Below, one piece after another: positions 26,701 to 41,700 of a DNA stretch of 64,000 nucleotides. The notes under the pieces were generated by a model. It did no database searches. It was given only the letters and a program-made list of their open reading frames with translations, and was not told the DNA's origin. The number at the start of each line of letters is the position of its first letter. Positions within the stretch are counted from its first letter, which is position 1. The DNA is from Antedon mediterranea (lineage: Eukaryota > Animalia > Echinodermata): contig NC_092672.1 in NCBI RefSeq assembly GCF_964355755.1, positions 22,209,237 through 22,273,236 on the forward strand, in the 5' to 3' direction. The position numbers and the translations under genes are program-made.

Positions 26701-29700
26701 GAATTGTATAGAAAACTTGCTGAAGAAAATATCAGTAAAACAGTAGAAGATAATAAAGAAGGTGTAGCAACAGCAAGTAAGCCTCACAGCTCAACTGAAA
26801 AGGTATGTACACACTATAACAAAAGGTATGTACACACTATAACATAAGGTGTGTACACACTATAACAATAGGTGTGTACACACTATAACAAAAGGTATGT
26901 ACACACTATAACAAAAGGTGTGTGCACACTATAACAAAAGGTGTGTACACACTATAACAAAAGGTATGTACACACTATGACAAAAGGTATGTACACACTA
27001 TAACAAAAGGTGTGTACACACTATAACAAAAGGTATGTACACACTATAACAAAAGGTGTGTACACACTATAACAAAAGGTATGTACACACTATAACAAAA
27101 GGTGTGTACACATTATAACAAAAGGTATGTACACACTATAACAAAAGGTGTGTACACACTATAACAAAAGGTATGTACACACTATAACAAAAGGTGTGTA
27201 CACACTATAACAAAAGGTATGTACACACTATAACAAAAGGTATGTACACACTATAAGAAAAGGTGTGTACACACTATAACAAAAGGTATGTACACACTAT
27301 AACAAAAGGTGTGTACACACTATAACAAAAGGTGTGTACACACTATAACAAAAGGTATGTACACACTATAACAAAAGGTGTGTACACACTATAACAAAAG
27401 GTATGTACACACTATAACAAAAGGTATGTACACACTATAACAAAAGGTGTGTACACACTATAACAAAAGGTATGTACACACTATAACAAAAGGTATGTAC
27501 ACACTATAACAAAAGGTATGTACACACTATAAGAAAGGTATGTACACACTATAACAAAAGGTATGTACACACTATAACAAAAGGTGTGTACACACTATAA
27601 CAAAAGGTGTGTACACACTATAACAAAAGGTGTGTACACACTATAACAAAAGGTGTGTACACACTATAACAAAAGGTATGTACACACTATAACAAAAGGT
27701 ATGTACACACTATGACAAAAGGTATGTACACACTATAACAAAAGGTGTGTACACATTATAACAAAAGGTATGTACACACTATAACAAAAGGTATGTACAC
27801 ACTATAACAAAAGGTATGTACACACTATAACAAAAGGTGTGTACACACTATAACAAAAGGTGTGTACACACTATAACAAAAGGTATGTACACACTATAAC
27901 AAAAGGTGTGTACACACTATAACAAAAGGTACGCACACACTATAACAAAAGGTGTGTACACACTATAACAAAAGGTATGTACACACTATAACAAAAGGTG
28001 TGTACACACTATAACAAAAGGTATGTACACACTATAACAAAAGGTATGTACACACTATAAGAAAGGTATGTACACATTATAACAAAAGGTATGTACACAC
28101 TATAACAAAAGGTGTGTACACACTATAACAAAAGGTATGTACACACTATAACAAAAGGTGTGTACACACTATAACAAAAGGTATGTACACACTATAACAA
28201 AAGGTATGTACACACTATAAGAAAGGTATGTACACATTATAACAAAAGGTATGTACACACTATAACAAAAGGTGTGTACACATTATAACAAAAGGTATGT
28301 ACACACTATAACAAAAGGTATGTACACACTATAACAAAATGTATGTACACACTATAAGAAAGGTATGTACACATTATAACAAAAGGTGTGTACACACTAT
28401 AACAAAAGGTATGTACACACTATAACAAAAGGTATGTACACACTGTAAGAAAAGGTATGTACACACTATAAGAACATTCCCATACGAGGGGGCTATGTGA
28501 GCGAAGCGAGCTTCACTAGGCTGGGGGCCAGGAGGCGAAGCCCCCGGAATCAACATGTTTTAGCGTCATTTGAGGCCACTTTAATCAGATTTTGGGTAGT
28601 CGTATCACTTTTTTCCATTTTTTATAATGCATAAATAAAATACTGCTTACAAAAAAACGATGCGCGATGACTGTTTAAATCCATATTTTTCAATTTAAAA
28701 AATAAAAGTTCAAAATATGCCTATATTTATCGGGTAAATTGTAGCATAGAAAATATACGCAAACGTAAAACGTACCCACAGACCAAGAGGTAGGCCTATA
28801 TTGTTTATTGCAGAGGCGTAGGCTGGTTGCTGTCTGGGGGTGCAAACATAGTAAATGGGTGCCTTGGGCTGATCTGTAAGACAATTTTGAAAAATAGAGC
28901 TGCTAGGTCCCTGGAAGTTGCAATTATACATAATATTGATGGGCCTACTATGAAACGAAATTACAAGTCTACAGAACGAGACAACCGTGGTTGGGATGGA
29001 GCTAAGAAAATTCTGAAAAATAGAGTTGGAGATCCCGGAAATTGGACTTTTTATACTTCAAAACATGAAACAAAATATATAAGTCAAATACAATTTATTT
29101 TGGATTAACCAACAAAATATCCAAAGTTGTTAAATAAAATGTTACTACTCTAGAAATAAACTGAACGTAAGATATTCATGGATTGTTTAATAAGTGAAGT
29201 AATAAGTTTGCCATGTTTACTATTATAAATAATAAGTGTTCTTGGATTTGATGTATTTTTTTTGTAAGTAAATATTATAGCACCCCTCTATAGTGTAGAC
29301 ATGCTTTTATAAAGTCTTCCAATATTTCTAAGTTGGGAAGTCCAAAACTTCCTTCTAAATTATATTAATAATTAGAGCATAGCATTTCATATTTGTATAG
29401 AAGCCTTTACCAGTGACATTGCTTTAAATCCTAATTACTTAATACAGATTCACTTTTTTATTTCTTGCCAGGAAAAGTCACGCCCAAGTAAGAGAGACAG
29501 AAAGTACAAAGGAATACAATTTCCTGGTATAAATTGGGGGAAAAAATTTTTTCGTCAAAAGGTAAGGTTTTCTGTAATCAGTTTATTGAGTTTGGTGATT
29601 TACGAATTGATTTAGAAATAAATATTCATGTACATTTTGATAAACTAAATTAATGTTTTTTAGTTCAAAACTACCACAAACAGCAAAACCACCACAAACA

Positions 29701-32700
29701 GTGGTAAGTTCATTTTATTTTTCTAACAGCTATACAATTTAACTCAGTTCATCTAATAGATAAATTATGATTTCCTTCTACTTTATTTTTTATTTACTCA
29801 TATTTTAGAGGTGAATACTGGAACACCTGCAAAAGCTAAAGATGTGAGTACTACAATATAGCATTTGTTGACTGTTCTATTTAACTCAACTCTGTCTCCT
29901 TGAAAAGAACAATCCATCTTTCTTTCAACTTTCAAATTCATTACCGTACTTGTATACTGAAAATAAGGAATTAAATCTGTTATACTTTTAACATTAGCCC
30001 TAGAGTAGTTTTGGCAGTTTATCCGACTATTTTACTTTATCATTTTGATTTAGCTTTTCTTTATTCTATTAAGATCCAGCCACTGATAGCCACAGCATTG
30101 TCAGTAATTTGCCTTTGAATTTATATACTTACTTTTGACATGATATACAACATTATACTGATATGAATGGTTCAGAAAGTAAAACATTTACTTCTATGTT
30201 ATTTATATAATATTTTTTATTTTTATATTTGTGCATCAGGTTAGCAAGAAGTCAACTGCAGAAGGTAAGTGTGTAATTAACTGTTAAATTCTTAATACTT
30301 TAATTGTGCAAGTATAAAATAATGGAACATGCTGAGTGAATAATAATAGAATTAGTGAATGATAAAAATGATGATTGACAACAGTGATGAAGAAAATTAA
30401 TAACGACAATGATAAAGTTGATTAAATTAACAGTGAAATGCATAGTTTGTGAGTGTTTACTAAAATGATCAAGATAGCCTTTCTACCTAAAGAAGAACCA
30501 TTTAATCACTTTTTACATCTTTTCTTGTCATTTTATGTTTAATAAGTTTTATCTTTTAATCATTTTAATTGTAAGAAAAGTGATTTACTGAAATATTGTT
30601 GCTACAGTATATCAGTGCATTATATATTTATTTTTTATCCTTTATAAATATCATGTGTAATATTTTACTAAAATGAGAAAGAGGTAGATCACTATTATTC
30701 AAATTGTCATTTAAGTGCAATAATGTTAAAAACAAAAACCAAAAATTAGGGTGAGACCACGAAACACAACCAAAAAAATGAACGTAAAGATATAATGATA
30801 AAGATAATGACAACAGAGAATTACCACAGAGAAGATGTCATTGATAATGGTAACATTTAGACAAATTATAATAGTTGTAGAGATGATAATGATGATATAT
30901 TCAATGTCTATTATCTTTTTACATATATATAGTCTATTTGATTTGTAAACATTATTTTTTAAACATTTTAATTAATGATTAATAAAGGAACTGAAGATGC
31001 ATCATTGATTGTTCAACAATCGTTGGATAAAGATATTATTCAGGAAATTTTTTCAAAACAAGAAGTAAAACAGTCTCCTTTGAAAACCTTTAACATTTGG
31101 GATCACGGGGGACAGCTAATCTATCAAGGAATACATCAGGTAAGTTTAGGACATTTTGTATGTTTGTATGGTCTATTGTTTGTGTATTAACAGTTTTAAT
31201 GTCTAATTATGGCAGTATCTTATCTGTATCACATGGATAGCATTCTGCTGTGTGTAGGTAGGTGGGAACATGCCCACTGTACAGATTGTTGTTTAGGCCT
31301 TCCACCTATCCTAATGTTAACAGATTACCCAACAAACCTCTTTGTATCTCTTCACACACCCAATCTATAAGTTTTGCAAGCTATCCATAGACTTCTCTCA
31401 CTACATGTGAAGTGAATTTGAAGAGCTTTTTCTCTATTTAGCACTCTGAACTATTTCTAAAGTTTACTTTTCTTTATTCTAATATATTTGTATTCTGTTC
31501 ACATTATTTGTATATTGCTGTTTTAAGAGATAAGTATTTCTTTGATGATATGCGCTCTATATGTTCTGGATATATTTATTGATTTTTAGAAAACACTGCA
31601 TTCTATTACATCAGTAGGCTTTACTATCCTTCACAAATAGTTTATAAATTATTGTTTTTATTTTGTATGCAGATCTTTTTGACATCAGAGGCAGTTTATG
31701 TTGCTGTCTTTGATTTGAGTAAAGACCTCGATGATCCTGCAATAGTAATAGATCCCAATGGGGTAAGTATTTCAGGGGTATTAGATTAGATTAGATGTTG
31801 TTGACAATTTCATTCATTGGTTAAAGTAAAATGCTTGCATTGCAATGTAGCTGTGTCAAAGATAGTCATAGTTTTGTTTTTATATAAGCTTGTTTGGTAC
31901 TAAAATAATATACAATTTCTTATAGATTTTTTATAGAAAATTATTATTTAAAATTAATAAAATTATTTTTTACAGCAACAACGTAAACATCATTGGACAA
32001 ATCGTCAGTTTTTACTGTCTTCAATCCTGTCAATATATTCCCATAGTCGTATATTGGGAGAGAATATTGAGAAGGAAGTAAATTTACCTGCTATCCTTGT
32101 TGTTGGCACACACAAGGCAAGTCTGGGAGAAACAGAAGAAAAACAAAATGAAGAGGTTAGTAATAATATAGGATAGGTTTGTGTTTACATTTAATACAAA
32201 GCTTAAAATATTTGTCTTGGGCACATGTACCACAGTGGGTATAGTACATTTAAACTGTAGGACTAATAATCAATCAATTTACACAGTTTTAAATCCACCA
32301 AATGTAATTTAGCTTTTTGTACAAATTAATTTGACAAGAAATAAAACAAGTGATTGTCAAGTATGAAATATATAAAGAATATACTTGATGAAAATGAAAC
32401 ATAGAAGAGGACATTTGTACTTTATTAATATTACTACATGTTAGCATTTTAAGGTTTTAAAATAAAGTTTTGGGGTGGGGAGAAAAATTAACAATTCTTT
32501 TTGTATGTTTAAATACGGTGCTGTTTTTATTGTCTTTTGTTTGTATATATTATGTAGTAGTGTTTAATTTTTTTTCAATCCAGGCAGAGGTGGTTTTACA
32601 GAAAGTTAAAGATTCCCTGAAAGGAAAACCATATGAAAAACATGTACTTGGATACTATGCTGTTGAAAACAGTAGGGAGACTACAGACAAGAGCTTTAGT

Positions 32701-35700
32701 GATCTGAAAAAAGTAATTCAGGATCTTATGAACCATTTAAAAAAGTCTATTCCATTAAAGTGGATGCGTTTTAGATGTGAAATGTATAATCTGAGGAAGG
32801 ACAAAATGATATGTTCTGCAGAAGAGGTAAATTTTTATTTTATTATAATTTTTTTTTTAGAGAAAGCAAAACTTGTTCAATAAATATTGTGAAGGCAAAT
32901 CACCTTTCTTTAACAACACATTCAAGACTGTCTGCTCTTGAAAACAAATCACCAGATTCTATTATACTTGTACTTGGTGATGTTAATAAATGCCACCTTA
33001 ACTATTCGGGCTATGTTCAATACATTAATAAACCAACTAACTCCCGTACCACTTTAGGTGCCTCGAATCATAACACAATATGTATGTTGCCGAAATACAG
33101 GCAGTACTTTAATAATAAATTTAAGCCTGCTACAATTAAATACCGCTCCTGGACAAGAGATGCAATGGTCAGACGTGTACTATGACAACACTGACATAAA
33201 TGCTAGTGTGACTGTCATCAATGAATACATCAAGCAATGCATCAACAACGTGATCCCAATTAAACATAAGAAGTCATACTTACACAACAAACCTTGGATG
33301 TCTTAAAATATTGCAACATGCGAAAAACAGCGTTCCTTTGCTAACAACGTCTACAGTCTCGTGAAACAAAAAGAAATTAGAAATTCAAAAACTGTGATAG
33401 CCAAGCAGCATGTAAAGCAATGCAAACCATAACTGGTTTTAACTGTAAACAAAAAAAGGATATAAATGGTAATACAAACTAAACTTGTAAATGACCTCAA
33501 TGAATTCTATTGTAGATTTGACAAATACGACTTTAGTGATTGTATTAATGCAAAAGTTAAGTTACTAGAAAACAAAGTTAAACTATTAGATCATGAATCT
33601 TACAAGTTGCATGTCAATGAACACTTAAGCAGGTTTTAGGTGTTAAGGAAACAAAATCTATGGGCCCTGACGGTATTAGTAATAAAGTCCTGAATTGCTG
33701 TAACCACCAATTGTCGGCAGTTTTTACTAAACTATATCAATGCACTATAGACTCTGGATTGTTCCAAACTAATTGTAAAACTTCTCTAATTTCTTCTTTA
33801 CCAAAAGCTAAAATAAACCTCCTACTTACCTCAATGATTACCGTCCAATCGCGTAACATCAAATCCCATGAAATGTCTAGAACGAATCATACTAAGAGCA
33901 CTGGGAAAGTCAAAAGATGTTACCGCAAATTATATTAATAAGTTTGCATATAAACCAAACATAGGTGTAGATGATGCTGTGATCATATACAATGTCTATA
34001 AACACCTAGAAAAACTAAGATCCTATATCAGGTTGACCTTTATTGACTTTTCCAGTGCCTTTAACCATACTTTAACTGTTTTCAACCCCACTTACTCATT
34101 GATAAGATGTATAAATTAGATGTCAATAATAACATTTTGCTTTGTCTTAAGTTACTTCAGAGAGACCACATTATGTTAAAATTAGTGATACACAATCTGA
34201 ATTACGCAAAGTTGGCATGGGCGCACCACAAGGCTCAGGCCTTCTTTTATGCTTATTCAAACCGGACGTAGACTTAGAGTACCGCTTAGAATACGAACCT
34301 CAAAATACCGATTATCATTCGTCCCACAATGCATTTTCGAGTATAATGACACAAGATAATAATTTAATTTGTTTACTTTACATACTGAGTATTTTTTACT
34401 TTTTAAAGTTATTCTAAATGTTTTATGCTGTTTATTGCCTTGAAGAAGACAAATTTCAAATTATATATTTTTTGACAATAAAGTTATCTTGGATCTTGAA
34501 TATGCATTGGCTTATAACTTTTAATTCAGGTTTAGATTTATTATTCATTCATTCAATTCATGTAAGACTTTCCTTGCTCAAACATAAATTAAAAGTAAAT
34601 ATAAATATAACAGAAATAAACAATATACTTATTCAAAGAGTTTTAAACTATATTCATTTCAACTGGCATATATGCATGAATAGAGTAAGAGATGAATAGC
34701 ATTCAATAACAATTGTATTCATTTCATACTTGACACTTGTCTGACAAACTTAGTATGCAGAGGGTGAACATGTTTAAAACATAATTGATTTTGATACACT
34801 GTCAATAGAAATCAGTTATTCGGAAATGCTTTTAGAAATTTACTTCTCACTTCAAGTATGGCATGCACAATAGAATATTCGCAAACATTTCCTAATACAA
34901 AATTTGAGCCAGATGCGGCTTGTGGTATGTATTGTATTTTGACGTTGAGTGCAGAAAGTTATTTTGAAGAAACACATACCAATTGTGTGGGGTACAACAC
35001 TTTTATATTTATTTAAATTTTTTTTTAATGCATTTTTGTTGATTTTAGGTTAAAGAAATGGCCAGACAAAATGGAATTGGTGATGAAAGCCAACAGTTAA
35101 TTATGCTTAACTTTCTGTACGACCTTGGTGACATCATCTACTTGCCTGATAATGAATTATTACGGAATCAAGTGGTGTTGGACCCAATGAGTCTTGTTCA
35201 GTTTGTTACAGCATTTGTGACAGTGGTTACGCCTGATGAGTTTAAAGTAAGTGGGCTTATATAATGAACATAAATGCTCATTCATTTTATTTATAAATAA
35301 ACAGAAAAAATATTAAAAATTGTATTTTATTGGTTAATTTAGTTATACTTTGATCCACAATTCCCATGTTGATTTGTGTACATATAATAATCTGTAAATC
35401 GTCTTTCTCTAATGTATAAATATGATGTGGCTTTGTTCAATATCTTTCACAAAGAGCAATCTCTCCCAGAAATAAATTGTTCAGCTCTACTTAAAAGAGC
35501 TTTTACTATGAATTTCCTTGCCATCTCTAATTATGTCACTAGTTGTTAGAAAAGGGCTTTAGTTATTACAAATTTAAATATTAGCTGGAACTAGAGATAA
35601 CTTGGTGTTTTACTATAAAATCTGACATTTTATTCATTGTATTAATTCACTACTGTTCACAGGAGCATTGGTGTAGCTATCAATGCCCTATCACTGCAAA

Positions 35701-38700
35701 TTGTATAGAAGTTATTTAAAAGACCAACATTATGTCTTCATCATAGGTCTACTCTTGTACTTTAAACATTTCATTTTATAATTTGATGTGTTATTTTAGA
35801 AACCTCGGTACCTTGAAGCTTTTAGAAACCTTAACGAAGGCATACTGGATGAGATGTTGTTAAAGAAATTGTGGAAGAAGCATGATATTGATGATGAGAA
35901 ATTCCAATTCCTTGTAGACCTGATGATTCGATTTGGTTTCATTTGTGAGAGAACAGCCTCCACCAGCCAAGCCATCATGGAAAGTACATCTATAGTAGGT
36001 TTTTTTCTTAACCTTTTAACACTTTATACATTCCATTGCCAATTTGGTTGTGTGACAGCTTTAAGTTGGATAAGATTTGTTTTTACTGAAAGGGAACTTC
36101 GTATTGACCTTGTTTTTTGTACGAAATTAAAGCTATTATTGTAATAATAATACCGAATAGATTGCAAACATGTTTACACTGATTGATATAAAGTTTGTGG
36201 TACACCACATATATAAAGTTCTGAAAAGAACTTAGTCCAGTCAATCTAATGATATACCCACCACAAATTGCAATAGTAACAAAGCTAGTATTTTTGAATT
36301 CTATATAATGTGTAGAACGACATACTAAAAGTCACCGAAAATTCAAGCATTGGGTCAAGGGGTCAGAGGTCAATAAAGGTCATTTTAAGTCAAAATTAAT
36401 ATGCCCCATTAATTACATATATTTAACCATTTAAAATACATTATATACATGTGGGATTTACGTCATCCGAAAGCTTATTAAATTTCCTATTCAGTGATAT
36501 CAAACTTATAGTCATAACATTTTCATTTTTGCGGGAAAACAGAACATAATGTGTCAATTTTGGCTAAAAATGTTGTTTTCGCTGTAAACAACAATGGTAT
36601 ACACACACGGATACCCTGGGGTGAACATTTCAGTTCAACGCGATACACATGACCAGTTCAAGATGCAGATGAGTGACATCTCTGTTCCTGTTGCTTCTGG
36701 ATGATCTACATTCCATTTTTTCCAGATGGCATTTGTGTTGCCATGGTTACAGTATTTATATTGGGATGTATAAGTATTTGTTAACCAGTAGAAATACAAA
36801 GATGTTCAACAGCAGTTTGACAATGACCTCCATGTTGTATGACGTTCGGACCATCTGGGGTGGATTGTCAACAGACCTGGTGACTGAAAAAGTTTCTATG
36901 AGAAGCCTTACAGAAAACCAGAGGTTTGACAAGAGAATATAGGAATGCGTACATCCAGACCAAATCTGCGCTGAAATGTATGTAATGCCTTGTAATAGTA
37001 TCAGGGCGTTACTCCAGCAGTGGCTAACATAAGACCTTATGGCCACACGTCGGGAACACAATGGCAATTGAAAAATCTATTTGGTTACGACTCAGAGACT
37101 TCATACCATTGATAATTATGAAAGCGGCTCATCCACCAAAGACGGCGCACATGGTAAGGCGGGTCAGGTGGTAGTGTCCCTGTACATTTTACCAGTGACA
37201 TGTTCCACAAAATAGGATCACTTTCTGTAACAAACAACAATTTATAAATCTTCGTAACTAGTATTTGAACAACATGGCAATGAGTGAATGCAGCTGCTGA
37301 TGCAGATGTTCTTTCGGATAGTACAAAAAACCATTGAATAAGCAAACAGGAAAACATCTGTCATTATCCGATGACACGGATCTACTAGTGCTCCTCTGCA
37401 GTCAAGCATTTAAAACATCTTGTGATATTCTTTGAGATGCTGGACAATCAAACTGGTTCAAACAGTACATTTGAGAGACATCTGTGATAACCTTCTGTTT
37501 GCTCATGCGATACTGGTGACACAACATCCAGAGTTTTCGGAATTGGAAAACAAGTGGCTCTAAAAAAAGCTTGTCATTGCACTTATTTCTGACATTATGC
37601 TGTAGTCTTCAGATGCAAACAAGCTACAAAGGATGACATTGTGGTTGCTAGAGAAAATGGTTTAGTGCGTCTGTACAATGGACTGACTGCCTGGACAACG
37701 TGGAATGCCTTTGACTCCCATCTACAAGTACAACCTCGCATATCGCCAACTTCATAATCGTACCACAACCAAGGTACTTAACATCATGTTCAAGTTCAAG
37801 TTATCTTTTAGCAATGGAGTGGGGTTGATATGTGTACCGAGGATTTGGGATGGAAGATCAAATGATGGAAACATGGTTCCTCTACACACAGACTTAAAGC
37901 CAGAATCTGAGTATCTCCTTGAAGCATTCAGAGTAACTAGAACTACATGTGGTGAATGCAATGGCATTGCACTGTACTAATACCCGAACAAGAAAGTGAT
38001 ACTGAAGACATATAAGTTGTGAGTCCTTTTCTATTTGAAGGATTAAACAATATCATCCCACATGGAGCAATTCAAATAAAAAGGTCTGGATTTAAATGAT
38101 CTTACAAAATATACAAAAAATATCACATTATACAGTACAATATAACAAGAGTCAAAGTTCAAGAATTTAAGAGTCGGATGGCAACTGAAAGCGACGCCCA
38201 TGAGGCATGAGCTCGAAATCACTGAACAAGGCATGGTTAACATTTTTTAGAATAGCCCTACTTTTTTCTAGAGTTTGCATGTCACAGAAGGAAGATAAGC
38301 TACGAAGTTGACAACCTATTAATTTAGAACTTAAGTTAACAATCCTTTGTAGTGAGTTTCTCTCTTTGACCCTAAGACTAAAAAACCAGCATATAAAGGA
38401 AAAAAGTTAAAACGTTCTCAATAACGGAATTATAAAAAACCATGAGAATTACTTCATCGACATTAAAATGGTTCAGCTTCCTTAACAGATAAAGTCTCTG
38501 GTGTCCTTTCTTTACTATTGCCTCTGTATTTAATTCCAAGCTGAGATTGTCCTCAAATATAGTACCTAGGTATTTAAAGGAATGGACAATATCGCTGGTT
38601 CGTCATTTGTGGGGGATACCAGAGGGCTGCGTCCTTTCTCCTTCCTAAAATCTACAATAATCTCCTTGGTTTTGGTCACATTGAGTTCCAAGTAGGAGTT

Positions 38701-41700
38701 TCCACAAAATTGGATAAAACCATCTAATGCGGAACCATGACCGTCCTGTGAATTTTGAAGGAGAGACAGCAAGACAGTGTCGTCAACAAATTTGAAAAGA
38801 TGACTATTGTCCTGTTTGCTCCGACAGTAATCCGTGTATATAATATACAGGAGAGGAGAGAAGACGCAACCCTGCGAAGATCAAATACTTCTCATTACGT
38901 ATATTCGTTGATACTAAAATTATCAAAAATCTATCTATAGTAAATCATGAGTTGATTCCAAATTATCAAGACTCATTAATTAATCAACAATAGTGCATAC
39001 CGCTAATGAATTTCATTTTTCTTCTAGCTAGCATAATTTTTCCTATTTCATGACGATACAATAGGTACAAGAAAAACATTATTTGCACCAAATACTTCCA
39101 AAATATAAATATAATATATATAAACATAATTTAGTTTTACGCTATTTTAAGAAAATTTGAGTTTTTGTAAAAGGCCAATGACCTTTTGACCTCTAGTTAC
39201 CTATAACTGTTGTATTAATTGTTTTTTTAATGTATATTATTAGTAGGATATATATACTCTACACATTGGTACTAAAGCTATTTAGATATGATTATAAAAC
39301 AATGGATTATAGGCATAAACGCTACCCCCTACCCCAAAATTGTTTACATTACATTTGATCAAGAATCAATTTCAATAAGAATAGTACAGTACATCATTAC
39401 TTTTAAAATTCTTCTAGTTAACATCATGTTTCCTATTTTATATATCGATATAGGTACAGATAAAACACAATTTTGATTAAATGCATATACAATTATGGCA
39501 CAATATTACAGTTAATCATTTAATCATCAGGAAAAAAATGAGTTTTTGTAAAAGGTCAATAACCTTTTGACCTCTAGTTATATAAATAAATGTTGTATTT
39601 TGTTTTTTTAAATTGCATATTAGAAAGAAATATATATTCTACACATTGATATCAAGATTATTGAGATTGGATTATAAAACCACAAGTTATGGGCATAAAT
39701 GTTACCCCCTACCCCAAAATATTTATGGAATAAAATCACTATATAGTTGTTGAGATTACGTAAAAAATAATGTGTTCCAATGCTTCAATTTTCGGTGACT
39801 TTTAATATGTCATTATAAACTACATTTGGAATGAAAAAATTAATGTTTCGTTACTATTGCAATTTGTGGTGGGTTTACCTCTAAATATCACTAGATTGAC
39901 TGGACTAACTGTTGAGTTTCTCGATACGTTTCAATCAATATACTTGGATCGTCCACAAGAGTTTATATTTGGTGTACTGCAATCTTTATATCAACATATT
40001 GATTTCAGCATGAAAACCTTCACACAATATGTCATCCGTTACATTACTATTACAATTTTAATAGATCCATTAAAAGCCAAACTAGGAAGTCCTTTGTTGT
40101 AATTAGCATTCATTATGTATAATTCAAATGTTCGACGATAACTCTATACTGTATTTGGTTATCCGCACTTGGTTGTTATTGTGCGAACTACATCAACTGG
40201 AGCGGTTGTGTTTCACTCGACCTCTCTAGGCATGAAATCTCTATGCACAATCTAGAGTATATAGTCCGGGAATTTTGAACGAGTCCAGCCGACACAGTAT
40301 AGGCACAAGGGCACTCCTTGTGCCTAGTACAAGCGTTTTTCAACGTAGCAATTTTAAAGCAACTTAACAAGTATTTTTATATCATGTTGTTTGTATAGCT
40401 GTCTGTATATTGATGATATTTTATATTTATTATATGCTATTTCAAGCTGAAATTTTGTATGGATTGTAACCGTATCGTGTTTCTATATGAGCCGTTTTGC
40501 TTGATTATGTACCAACAGATCTTGGATACTATTTTTATACAACCATTGGATTGATTTTTCGTTTTCGATTTGGATGTTCTGATTAAACATTTTACGGTAT
40601 TGAAATTTTACGGTATTGACTCAAGGTCACTTTGTTCTGTAAAATGGAAATGGCTTTCATTGGATTTGTTATGTACCCTTTACATAAAGGGTAGATATTT
40701 ATTCATATACAAATTTTGTCTATCTGATGTGATGGCATCATCATATGGCCAGTTGAATTTAAAAAAGTTGGATTTTCATCTGTTTCGTAAATGCTTGTTG
40801 CGTTGAAAAGAAAGCGCATCTTACTTTTACGTGTCCAAAATTCTTCAAATTTGTATTAATGTAATTATTTAGATAATTATCTTCTAAAATAGTTATCTTT
40901 ATATGTCAATTTGATGACGTCATCGTGTTAGAAATTGAATTAAAAGATGGGTACACTGTAATATGCTGTATGATACAAAATAGGTACAATTCAGCACTGT
41001 AAACATATTTAATTCACGTCATAGGATGGCATAATAATTGTCAATGTTCATATATTTTAACGTATGTGCATGTTGCATTTTCGCGGATAACCCAATCTTG
41101 TCACTTTGACGAGTTCAAATCTAGTTTTTGTTTTGAATTTTAACATTGGCCTATTAACCGTATTTTATCATTGACCTATAGCATTTGTGCAATTTGATGT
41201 ATTTTTCTTGTATTGTTTTCTTAATTATTCCAAGCAAAATGAATTTCCGTTTTAAGTGGACCAATAAAATGTCTTGAATATGAATCTTTACACTGAATAA
41301 TTTTTTAAAAAGTTTTTTTTGATTAGAATTAGGTGAGATCTTCACACATTATAACACATTTGAACATTCTTATTGCAGGAACGATCCTTTTTTGTGCCTC
41401 TGCGACTTGCTTTTAAGACGTCACCATCCAGTGAAGTGAAATCTGTGCATGATGGGCTCTCTATCAGTATATATTACGACCTTTGTGGACATCTGCCTGA
41501 CATACTGTTTCCATATTTAGTGATTGATTTCATTAAAAAATATCAGAAGGAGACAGGAGATGACCCCAAACTATCAAATGACTATGCAGAGCTCTACGTC
41601 GACCAATATCATAATGTTATCTTGTCTCTTGTCAAATTGGTAACAAAGCAAGATGACCACAAGTTCTTGTTAAAGGTAACTTACAATGTCTAAATGACTT

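Noticed and set aside
26798-28474. CRISPR-like appearance of the 23/26/57-bp arrays
   Set aside because: Head-to-tail units with no unique spacers, no cas genes, eukaryotic intron context.
28480-29110. ORFs and GC-rich block after the 23-bp array
   Set aside because: Resembles fragments of non-autonomous TEs; paired ends and coding motifs could not be established.
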